Sequence record: SRR2962707_2693
DNA length: 64,000 nt
Strand: one strand, 5' to 3'
In this document: piece by piece, positions 56,444 through 64,000 of the stretch
Layout of the letters: each line of letters opens with the position of its first letter
Position numbering within the stretch: position 1 is the stretch's first letter
Position numbers and translations under genes: made by a program
The notes under the pieces: model-generated
Told to the model about the DNA's origin: nothing
The model's input: the letters and a program-made list of their open reading frames with translations, nothing else
Database searches by the model: none

Positions 56444-57322
56444 ATGAGACCATTGGAAAGCCGATGGTACCCCTACGCACTACTGGCACCGGCGTTTCTG
56501 GTGCTGGTAGTGGTCAGCCTGGTGCCGTTTCTTTTCGCTATGTATCTGAGTTTTCATCAGATCAACTTCGGGCGCGTGGGGGATTTTGCAGGCTGGAGCA
56601 ACTACAGCCGACTGATGGACAACGAGCGCACCTGGAACAGCCTCTGGGTGGCAACCAAGTTCATCCTGATCGCCTTCCCGCTGCAGTTCATTCTCGGGCT
56701 CGGCGGCGCCTTGCTGCTGAACAAGCGGGTCTGGGGTCGCAGTGTGATCCTACCGCTGTTGTTCATTCCAACCATGATGGCGCCGATTGTTGTGGGCCTG
56801 GTATGGAAGGTGATGTTCGCGGGCTCCTGGGGGCTGCTGTCGTACAACATCGTCGAGCGGTTCGGCTTCCTGCAGGGGACCTCGGTGTTTTCCTCGCCGG
56901 ACTATGCACTGCTGGCGCTGGCCCTGGTGGATGTCTGGCAGTGGACGCCGTTCATGATGCTGGCGTTCTTTGCCGGGTTGCAGGCTCTACCGGTCAGCCC
57001 TTACCGGGCCGCTGCCGTGGATGGCGCCACACCCATGCAGATGTTTTTCCGCCTGACCCTGCCGCTGATGGCGCCTTTGATGGTGGTGATCGGCATGCTG
57101 CGCTTTATCGACGCGTTCAAGGTCTTCGACACCATCTACACCCTGACCGCCGGTGGCCCTGGGACATCGACTGAGGTGCCGAGCCTGTTGGCGTATCGCA
57201 TGAGTTTCGAGCAGTGGCGTATAGGCGAGTCAGCTGCCTTTGCGGTGCTGGTCTGGATCGGTTTCTTCGTGTTGTGCTCGCTGTTTTATCACGTCGCCAA
57301 GAAAAAACTGAACGCCTTCTAG
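56444..57322 (+). CDS. CUT1 ABC permease
   Basis: DVWQWTPFM, AAAVDGA loop, FKVFD. Confidence 0.92.
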   Translation: MRPLESRWYPYALLAPAFLVLVVVSLVPFLFAMYLSFHQINFGRVGDFAGWSNYSRLMDNERTWNSLWVATKFILIAFPLQFILGLGGALLLNKRVWGRSVILPLLFIPTMMAPIVVGLVWKVMFAGSWGLLSYNIVERFGFLQGTSVFSSPDYALLALALVDVWQWTPFMMLAFFAGLQALPVSPYRAAAVDGATPMQMFFRLTLPLMAPLMVVIGMLRFIDAFKVFDTIYTLTAGGPGTSTEVPSLLAYRMSFEQWRIGESAAFAVLVWIGFFVLCSLFYHVAKKKLNAF

Positions 57323-57332
57323 GAGCTGCCAG

Positions 57333-58208
57333 ATGAACCAATCCGCAAGCTATGCGCCCGCGACCACCACGGGGCCGATTAAGCGCATATCCCGGCAGGA
57401 GAGGGTGTCTGTATTCTGGACGCTGTTGCTGATCGTGATTGCATTCATAGTGCTGTTCCCGGTGCTCTGGGTCGGCAGCTTCATGTTCCGCCCGGATTCG
57501 GCCATGTTCGCCCGGCCGACCGAGTGGCTGTTCGAGCCTACGCTGGTGCACTTTCGCTATGTGATCGACAACGGTTTCATTGGCTACCTGGGTACCTCCT
57601 TTGCGCTGGCCTCGATTAGCACCCTGCTGGTCGTGGTGCTGGGTACCCCGGCTGCCTATGCTTTTGCCCGTTTCAGCCTGCGCTTTCGCGATGACCTGTT
57701 TCTGTTCGTGCTCGCCACGCGGATGGCACCGCCGATCTGCATGGTGATTCCCTTTTACATGATCTTTTCCAATATCGGCCTGATCGACACCTACTTCGGG
57801 CTGACGTTGGCCTACCTGACCTTCAATCTGTCGTTCTACATCTGGGTCATGAGCAGCTTCTGCAAGGACCTGCCGGTGGCGCTGGAAGAGGTGGCGATTC
57901 TCGAAGGACACAATCGCTTTGCGGTATTCCTGCGGGTGGTGTTGCCGCTGCTGCGCTCGGCCATCGTCGCCACCGGCATGCTGTGTTTTATCTTCGCTTG
58001 GAACGAGTTCATGTTTGCCTTCATGCTCGGTGGCCAGCAGGTCAAGACCCTGCCGGTGGCCGTGCCCGAGCTTATCACCACCCAGGGCGTGCGCTGGGGG
58101 CCGATGGCGATTGTTGGCACGCTGTCACTAGTACCAGTGATGATCGCGGTGTTTCTGTTGCAAAGGCACATCGTGCGCGGCCTGACAATGGGCGCAGTAA
58201 AGGGGTAA
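57333..58208 (+). CDS. CUT1 ABC permease
   Basis: AAYAFAR, LEEVAILEG loop, FAWNEF, GLTMGAVKG. Confidence 0.92.
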   Translation: MNQSASYAPATTTGPIKRISRQERVSVFWTLLLIVIAFIVLFPVLWVGSFMFRPDSAMFARPTEWLFEPTLVHFRYVIDNGFIGYLGTSFALASISTLLVVVLGTPAAYAFARFSLRFRDDLFLFVLATRMAPPICMVIPFYMIFSNIGLIDTYFGLTLAYLTFNLSFYIWVMSSFCKDLPVALEEVAILEGHNRFAVFLRVVLPLLRSAIVATGMLCFIFAWNEFMFAFMLGGQQVKTLPVAVPELITTQGVRWGPMAIVGTLSLVPVMIAVFLLQRHIVRGLTMGAVKG

Positions 58209-58210
58209 AT

Positions 58211-59149
58211 ATGATCCAGCATCACGTCATTCCTACACAGTATGGCAATATGCTTTGGGGGTATCTCGAAGCAGGGTTACCGCCGGTCCTGCGAATAGAG
58301 TCTGGGGATACTGTTGAGTTGGGGTCGTTTCCGGCTGGGGGATACGAGTGTCTGCCTTGCGACCGTAACCGTGTGCCTCCTGAATATTTGGAGGCAATTG
58401 AAGAACTGGAGCAAGGGGCAGGGCCGCACTTTGTCACCGGTCCAGTCTACGTAGAAGGCGCCATGCCGGGTGACGTACTCCAGGTGGATATTCTTGAAGC
58501 TCGGCCGACGATGGATTGGGGTTACATGGCCATTCAACCTCCCCTTGGGGCTTTGCCCGAGGACTTTGTCGAAGAGCGTATGGTACACCCTGATATTGAC
58601 GCTAAGCGCGGGATAACTAGGCTGCCCTGGGGGACGGAAATTGACCTCGACCCTTTCTTCGGCATCATGGCGGTGGCTCCACCGCCCGAATGGGGGCGTT
58701 GTGGTTCATCAAAGCCGATGGCTTTTGGTGGAAACATGGACATAAAAGAGCTTAAACCTGGGACCACGCTGTACCTTCCGGTATTCGCCAAAGGAGCTCA
58801 ATTTTTTGCCGGTGACGGGCATGGCGTGCAAGGTGACGGGGAGGTATGTCTTACTGCGCTGGAGATGGGCATTGCCGGCCGTTTCCGGCTGACCGTGCGG
58901 CGCGATATATCGCTGACAAACCCTTTTGCGGAATCGGTCACTCATTTAATCTCAATCGGACTGAACGAGGACTTGGACGAGGCGGCGCGCCAGGCTGTGC
59001 GGGAGATGATTCTGCACTTGAAAAGGTACGCACAGCTCAGCCCGGAACAAGCGTACATGCTGTGCTCAGTGGTTGGTGATCTACGTATTAGTCAGTTGGT
59101 TGATGGTAACAAGGGGGTACATATGATGCTGCCCAAGCGTTATTTGTGA
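58211..59149 (+). CDS. Acetamidase/formamidase family protein
   Basis: TGPVYVEGAMPGD, GGNMD, GDGHGVQGDGEV motifs. Confidence 0.92.
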   Translation: MIQHHVIPTQYGNMLWGYLEAGLPPVLRIESGDTVELGSFPAGGYECLPCDRNRVPPEYLEAIEELEQGAGPHFVTGPVYVEGAMPGDVLQVDILEARPTMDWGYMAIQPPLGALPEDFVEERMVHPDIDAKRGITRLPWGTEIDLDPFFGIMAVAPPPEWGRCGSSKPMAFGGNMDIKELKPGTTLYLPVFAKGAQFFAGDGHGVQGDGEVCLTALEMGIAGRFRLTVRRDISLTNPFAESVTHLISIGLNEDLDEAARQAVREMILHLKRYAQLSPEQAYMLCSVVGDLRISQLVDGNKGVHMMLPKRYL

Positions 59150-59315
59150 CCGCTCAGATCGAGCATGGCAGCGCATTTATGTTGTGGCCCTCGAAGTTCC
59201 GGCGGGGGCGGCCCGCTTAAGGGAAGAAAGTTGCTTAAGACGGTTCGGAACGACAAAAAAAAGGGAGCGTTATCCGCCCCGTATTTTGGCCTACACAGGA
59301 ATGGTAAGCCGCCTC

Positions 59316-59342
59316 AAAAAGGGCGTCGGTGGACGCCCCCTT
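59316..59342 (-). terminator. Intrinsic terminator downstream of att/tmRNA-like 3' end
   Basis: Minus strand GGGCGTC-CACC-GACGCCC-TTTTT. Confidence 0.75.
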
Positions 59343-59353
59343 GGATGTTGATT

Positions 59354-59376
59354 TGGTGGAGCCGGCGTCAATTGAA
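59354..59376 (-). repeat. Attachment-site copy of a tmRNA-like (ssrA) 3' end
   Basis: Minus strand TTCAATTGACGCCGGCTCCACCA resembles the T-arm/acceptor 3' end of tmRNA; no intact RNA gene upstream. Confidence 0.7.
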
Positions 59377-59791
59377 GCGAGAGACTAACAAACTGAAATA
59401 CAAAGCCTATTCAGGCTTCGATTTTCAGATATGCCCACAAATGTGCCCCCAGAAGAGCAAAGTGCCCCGTTTCCCATGTTAGATTTTGTAAGGTTCTGAC
59501 CTTGCCATTTATCAGTGGCGAAGTTTTACATTCTCGGCGTGGGTCTGGTGCTGGCGGCCCCTCAGAAACCTTGCCCTAACCTTGCTGTCAGACCTAGGTG
59601 TCCTGTTGAAAAATGTTGATACCTTTTCAAGTGGCCGGCGGTGGTTCGCACGCGCGTAGTGACTAGAAAAAACCTTCGTGACCTACTTTTCCCTACCTGC
59701 CTCGCGCGCGTACTTGTCGGAAAACTCAGCCCCTTTTTTAGGACTGAAAAAACTCTCCTCCAGGTGGCAGCGATCCGGCCTGAAGATGAAT

Positions 59792-60539
59792 TCAGCCCGC
59801 GTTCTCATAATCGGCCAGCCAATCATCAACAGACTGTTCCTAAGGAGAGGAAGGCTTACCCGTGTACTCGTACTCCCTTATTACCTTATTACCTTATTAC
59901 CGTGGTTTGGCTCACCCGTAGTTGGGTTCGACTGTATGCCGCGTGGCTGCTGGCGTTGCCGGGTTTCCTTGTCGGGAAGATTTGGCCCGACAAGTGCCCT
60001 CATGGCCTCCCCGGAAATGGTCAGCGGGCGCAGTGTTGTCACGTCCAGTCGCTCCCCTTTGCTCAGTGTGCCGGTGAAGGTCAGGCTGCGCAGCTTGCCC
60101 ATGTAGTCGTGGACGTCGCTTAGGCGGTGAAATGGCAGGCCGGTGCTCTGCCAGAAACGATAGAACGCGCTCCGCGAGCCCACCCTGAATTGGCCAGGGG
60201 GAGCGGGTCGCCTTCGTTGCCGTGCCGGGTAGTTCGGGCGCGTTTGGTGTTGGCGTTGAAGATGGCGAACAGCTTTTTTCCTGTGGTCAGGCAGCGGAAT
60301 TTCAGGATGACGCCTCCAGCCAGCTTGAGGCCATAGTGGCCCACTGAGTGGCCGGCATATTCCAGGGCGGTGGCTTCAGCGATGCTGGCAGCCTGGGTAA
60401 TCAGGTCGGTGCTGTGCTTGGCCAGCCAGTCAGCAGGGACAGGGCGGCCACTGGCCGGGGTGGGCGTGAGGCGGCCTTGTTCGACCGCCAGGGCATCGCC
60501 ACGGCGAGTAGCTGGGTAAGGGTGGGCACGGGTATTCAC
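59792..60539 (-). pseudogene. Frameshifted island gene of unknown function
   Basis: Consecutive ORF pieces in different frames (…GDPLP / GQFRVGSRSAFYRFW… / …EQSVDDWLADYENAG), an extra 8-nt repeat unit and an in-frame TAG. Confidence 0.55.
59878..59901. repeat. (TTATTACC)x3 tandem repeat
   Basis: Three exact 8-nt units. Confidence 0.9.
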
Positions 60540-60709
60540 TCTCCCAGTGCGGTGATGCGTTTCACGGTTGTGGGCTGTGGGATCGGGTCGCCGGATGGCA
60601 GTTCGTTCGCTGTGGCGCTTGTGAGGGCGTCCAGCGCCTCCTCCTGACTGTCTGCCTCGATGACCAGGGGTACAACCGTGGTTAGTTCTAGTTCGATGAG
60701 GAAGCGCAT
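60536..60709 (-). CDS. Small hypothetical protein (57 aa)
   Basis: MRFLIELELTTVVPLVIEADSQEEAL…; GGAGG RBS and TAATG coupling to the upstream ORF. Confidence 0.6.
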   Translation of the reverse strand: MRFLIELELTTVVPLVIEADSQEEALDALTSATANELPSGDPIPQPTTVKRITALGE

Positions 60710-61053
60710 TAGCTGGCCTCCCTGAGTAGTTTGCGGGCGGCGGACTTGCCGTCACCGTCCAGCCAGTACACCCCGTACTGGATCTTCTGGCCGTCATAGT
60801 CGACGCCCGAAGCCATGAGTGTATGTATCTGGATGCCATACCGCTTCCGCAGCTCCCCGACATAGTGGGGTGAGTTGCTGGCGTGGGCGATCCGGTCGGC
60901 CTGTTCACGGGTCACGGCAGGTCTACGTTCCAGAGCCGCCAGCAACCGGCGATGACGGGGGCCTATGGTAAGATGCTGGGGAGAGTGTTTAGCGTTGCCT
61001 TGGCCCTCGCCCCCGGCTGCTACCGGGGCGGGGGCTTTCTGTTTTTCTGTCAT
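60709..61053 (-). CDS. Hypothetical protein, possible winged-helix DNA-binding
   Basis: ATGA overlap with alpA; RLLAALE…VTREQADRI…VGELRKRYGIQI pattern. Confidence 0.6.
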   Translation of the reverse strand: MTEKQKAPAPVAAGGEGQGNAKHSPQHLTIGPRHRRLLAALERRPAVTREQADRIAHASNSPHYVGELRKRYGIQIHTLMASGVDYDGQKIQYGVYWLDGDGKSAARKLLREAS

Positions 61054-61337
61054 GCCGCATTCTCCCCGCTTTGTGCTAGTAGGGCGCGAATATCCTCGAC
61101 ACGCCACATCGTGGTGTTGCCGCCAAAGGGCTTTATGTCCTTGGGGAATCGACCTGTTTTCGCTCCGGCCCACCAAGTGGCGGGACTGACGGGGATTACG
61201 GCGGGAATGCCGGGTCTGGCCCGCTTGGGGCCTTTGCCAGTCTTGCAGTTGCTGGCGGCTTGTTCCTCAGTAACTTCGGATTGGCTGATGATTTGCGAAA
61301 GGCGCAGGTAGCCGGTGGTGGGTAGAGTCTGGAGCAT
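61050..61337 (-). CDS. alpA: AlpA family regulator/excisionase
   Basis: GYLRLSQI…IPVSPATWWAG…GRFPK…MWRVEDI motif. Confidence 0.85.
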   Translation of the reverse strand: MLQTLPTTGYLRLSQIISQSEVTEEQAASNCKTGKGPKRARPGIPAVIPVSPATWWAGAKTGRFPKDIKPFGGNTTMWRVEDIRALLAQSGENAA

Positions 61338-61443
61338 TGTCTATTGCCTCGTTTTTCTGTGTCCAAGGCAATGTTGGGGGCTCTAGCTGAATGTGAGGGA
61401 GAGGTGGATTTTGTGGTTTTGCCCAATTCTACCCCTCCCTTTG

Positions 61444-62229
61444 TTAATCCGGTTTCTTGAGTAGAGATGGGTTGGCTTGGAGGGTCTTGTATAACTCCAC
61501 TTTTTCTATTCGGTGTGCTACGTCCACCATGTGAGGTAATAGCCATTCCACAATTCTATAGAAACGGCTGCGTGGTGATTTTGATAAGGTTATGCCCTCG
61601 CTCTCGCAGAATTCATATGCCCAATTGATATGCCATTGAATGCTGTCGAAACGGTATTTTGTTTGAAGTTTTGATTCGTGCTTGAAGGTGCCTGCCTCTC
61701 GCTTGAGTAGGTCGATTAGCTCTACAATCCAGAAATTCCCAATGTTGTACTCAGATTCTTGTTTTTTTCGACGGTTGGGGATGTCTGATTGGTGGCGATC
61801 CATATTTCTTCGAATTTTTATGTATCCAAGCCTGAGCTCTTCAATAGTGGCTTCAGGAAAAGAGTCATCACCAATATCTATTCCCAGTAAATCAAGGGCG
61901 TAGCTCTGAGCCTTATCCAGCGTTGCTTGCAGCTTATCCGCCTTTCTTCCCCACTCTGAAGGCGGTGGTGCTGATTGAGGTTGAGCTAGTATTTCTCGGA
62001 CTCTTCCTTTTGTCTGCGCCAGCTTCTGAGCTAGTCGCAAGGGAGTTGGGAGAGGCTCCCTGAAACCAGAAATCAGGTTGTATATTTGTTCCAGGTCATC
62101 GGTGACTTCTTCAGGGTGAAGAATTTTCAGCTCTTCAAGAGTGGTGGCTTCTTTGTATTCAGAGGCTAGCTGAATGACTTTTCTTCTCGCGGACTCTGAG
62201 AGTTTCTCCCAGTTGTCTTCCTCGCTCAT
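61444..62229 (-). CDS. Hypothetical protein (low-GC cargo)
   Basis: Long ORF in AT-rich DNA; no recognised motif. Confidence 0.7.
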   Translation of the reverse strand: MSEEDNWEKLSESARRKVIQLASEYKEATTLEELKILHPEEVTDDLEQIYNLISGFREPLPTPLRLAQKLAQTKGRVREILAQPQSAPPPSEWGRKADKLQATLDKAQSYALDLLGIDIGDDSFPEATIEELRLGYIKIRRNMDRHQSDIPNRRKKQESEYNIGNFWIVELIDLLKREAGTFKHESKLQTKYRFDSIQWHINWAYEFCESEGITLSKSPRSRFYRIVEWLLPHMVDVAHRIEKVELYKTLQANPSLLKKPD

Positions 62230-62259
62230 GTCATGACCCCTATGACACCCCAATAAATC

Positions 62260-62313
62260 CGCCAGCCAGACCAGTGGGGTTACCGGCTTTTTGGGAGCTA
62301 CCCTAGGCTGGCG
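62260..62313 (-). ncRNA. Candidate three-way-junction structured RNA (int-alpA/c4-like)
   Basis: CGCCAGCC/GGCTGGCG closing stem enclosing GGG-TAGCT-CCC and GCCGGT-AACCCC-ACTGGT hairpins; lies between int and alpA. Confidence 0.5.
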
Positions 62314-62323
62314 AAACTCTTAG

Positions 62324-62629
62324 CTAGTGGCGTTGTTTCTCATCGTTGTCGGAAATAAGTTCAATGCGCACGCAGGCTGCATTAGCCACTTCTAGTAACG
62401 CTTCTGCGTGTTCGCGGAATCCGAATACGGCCTTTTCCATGTCTGAGAATGCTTCAGGTTCTTCGGTCTTGAGTCTCCTGAGTGTTTCAGAGTCGCGGGC
62501 GAGGGCAATGAGACAAAGACGCCGCTGAGTGCCGATGCCATTTCCTCCAGCTACTCGCTCCAGCTCCTGCATGGTGTGGTCGCGAATGTTGGGCTCAAAA
62601 TACTCTTGGGTGTGTGTGCCTTTGTTCAT
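62324..62629 (-). CDS. Hypothetical protein
   Basis: 101-aa ORF co-directional with the island genes. Confidence 0.6.
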   Translation of the reverse strand: MNKGTHTQEYFEPNIRDHTMQELERVAGGNGIGTQRRLCLIALARDSETLRRLKTEEPEAFSDMEKAVFGFREHAEALLEVANAACVRIELISDNDEKQRH

Positions 62630-62644
62630 GGCTCTTCATCCTTG

Positions 62645-62923
62645 CTACGAATGTAGCTGTTTTTGGCCGGAGATTTCCTTGGCAGCGGCCTCTGCATCAA
62701 GGTCGTAAGTCGCGCCAAAATCGCCGGCTAAATAGGATCCCATGTCGGCCAGCTTTTCGATGTGGCCGAGTGCGCTCAATATGCTGGGGCTGCCCTCTTC
62801 GCCGCTGATTTCGTTGTGGTAGGCACTTTTGGCGGCGTGACTGATTGCGCGGCATAGTTCTTCCAGGTAGCCCATCTGTTCGCGGCCTAGGGTTGCTGCA
62901 TCGTACTTGTCGCTTGCGTCCAT
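62645..62923 (-). CDS. Hypothetical protein
   Basis: 92-aa ORF with AGGGAG RBS directly downstream of the integrase. Confidence 0.6.
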   Translation of the reverse strand: MDASDKYDAATLGREQMGYLEELCRAISHAAKSAYHNEISGEEGSPSILSALGHIEKLADMGSYLAGDFGATYDLDAEAAAKEISGQKQLHS

Positions 62924-62947
62924 TCTGCTTGTCTCCCTTGGGGGTAG

Positions 62948-63461
62948 TTAAGAGGCTTGCTGCTTCTTGTGGTGGATGGGCACAACCTTCTGCCCGTTCT
63001 CCAGGGCGGCGAGATAGCCTCCCCAGTGGTTCATCATTTCCCGGCGCTCCTCCAGATACTCGGCTCGGTTGTAGGCTGCTCTTACCTTGTTTCGCTCCCC
63101 GTGGGAAAGTTGGCGCTCGATGGCGTCGGCCCGGTAGCCCATTTCATTGAGTAGGGTGCTGGCGGTGGCGCGGAAACCGTGGGCGGTGACCTTGTAGCCC
63201 ATGGCGTGGAGAGCCTGCCGCCAAGTGTTGTCGCTGATGGGCTTGCGGATATTGGAGCGGCCAGGGAATAGCAATTCGGTATTGCCGGTCAGCTCGCGCA
63301 GTTGCTCCAGTGTGGCCAAGGTTTGCGGGGAGAGGGGCACCAGATGGGGGACGCGCATCTTCATACGCTCGGCGGGCACTTCCCACATGCCGGCCTCTAG
63401 GTCGAATTCCTCCCACTTGGCCTGCCGTAGCTCGCCGGGGCGCACGAAGGTAAGGGCTAGC
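62948..63461 (-). pseudogene. P4-like tyrosine integrase, C-terminal catalytic part, interrupted by IS
   Basis: TFVRPGELR, MKMR..HLVPL, HGFR, QLSH, AAYN catalytic motifs; similarity stops at the IS junction. Confidence 0.92.
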
Positions 63462-64000
63462 TGTGACCTCTCAGTAGGTTGTTCATTCGGGGCGTACCCA
63501 GAAGACTGGAGGTGTAAGACTACGCAACCCTCTAGGAGCCCCGAATGAACAGCCACCAAAATGCCCGATTAACCGTCCATGGTCGAGCCTTGCTCGTGAC
63601 TCGCATTCTAGAACACGGTCTGCGGCCCGAGGAGGCCGCCCAGGCGATGGGCGTGAGCGTGCGCACCGCCTACAAGTGGCTCGCTCGATATCGCCAGGAA
63701 GGCTTGCCCGGCCTGGAAAACCGCGCCTCAAGGCCACACCGATGCCCCCACCAGATTAGCGATGACCAGCGCCAGAGCATCATCAACGCTCGCCGCAAGC
63801 GCCGGATCTACCGCCAGATCCATCAGGAGACGGGCATCAGTGTCAGTACCATCGCCCGCCTGCTGCACCGCGAGGGCCTGAACCGGCTCGCCGCTCTGGA
63901 GCCGGCAGAACCGCCCAACCGCTATGAGCGAGAAGCGCCCGGTGAGTTGCTACACCTGGATATCAAGAAGCTGGGCCGCTTCGACCGGCCCGGCCACCGA
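63462..64000 (+). mobile_element. IS481-family insertion sequence (left end)
   Basis: Begins TGTGA…AGGTTGT immediately after a GCTAGC (NCTAGN) target; carries a transposase. Confidence 0.88.
63545..64000 (+). CDS. IS481-family transposase (5' part)
   Basis: Manual translation MNSHQNARLTVHGRALL…TAYKWLARYRQEG…RYEREAPGELLHLDIKKLGRF. Confidence 0.93.
   Translation, partial: MNSHQNARLTVHGRALLVTRILEHGLRPEEAAQAMGVSVRTAYKWLARYRQEGLPGLENRASRPHRCPHQISDDQRQSIINARRKRRIYRQIHQETGISVSTIARLLHREGLNRLAALEPAEPPNRYEREAPGELLHLDIKKLGRFDRPGHR

Larger units (their letters stand above)
59354..64000 (-). mobile_element. Decayed P4-integrase/AlpA genomic island (satellite-like), continues beyond window
   Basis: att copy, arm-type-like repeats ATGCCCACA/GTGCCCCCA at 59431-59451, integrase, AlpA, small ORFs, lower GC. 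Confidence 0.8.

Noticed and set aside
59354-59430. Intact tRNA or tmRNA gene
   Set aside because: Only the 3'-terminal ~23 nt match; the upstream sequence does not form an acceptor partner or cloverleaf.
63462-63559. N-terminus of the 203-aa integrase ORF in the track
   Set aside because: These residues come from the IS481 left end, not the integrase.
1-64000. CRISPR array, rRNA, retron/RT or recognisable defence genes
   Set aside because: No regularly spaced repeats or diagnostic motifs seen by eye.

Overview
GC-rich (by eye about 60-65%) gammaproteobacterial chromosome segment with four parts. (1) 1-4.4 kb: the 5' part of mtgA, a SulP transporter and a PHP-domain lipoprotein. (2) 4.5-43.3 kb: a nitrogen-heterocycle catabolic super-cluster. 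It holds a recognisable urate-to-glyoxylate pathway (guaD, puuD, uraH, uraD, puuE, alc, allA). It also holds a large unassigned module: four NMT1/THI5-type binding proteins, two Rieske oxygenases with no reductase, a PTT-motif (isoxanthopterin-deaminase-like) amidohydrolase, a porin, a cysteine hydrolase, a cupin, a CocE/NonD hydrolase, an FAD oxidoreductase, a creatininase-family enzyme, and HpxW/HpxZ-like genes with an amidase. A recurring TGYATACA palindrome abuts sigma54 -24/-12 promoters across this cluster. The best candidate for an undescribed system is a co-regulated pterin or modified-purine nitrogen-scavenging pathway; the substrate is inferred, not shown. (3) 43.4-59.2 kb: accessory catabolic genes (LysR, SDR, Tat-exported aldo-keto reductase, MFS; then ALDH, GMC oxidoreductase, sugar-type ABC transporter and acetamidase), with a REP element and a glyoxalase I fragment at the junction. 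(4) 59.35-64 kb: a decayed P4-integrase/AlpA island bounded by a tmRNA-like att copy. It carries a candidate structured RNA, and its integrase is interrupted by an IS481-family element. No CRISPR array, rRNA or intact tRNA was seen. All calls are by eye, with no database searches.
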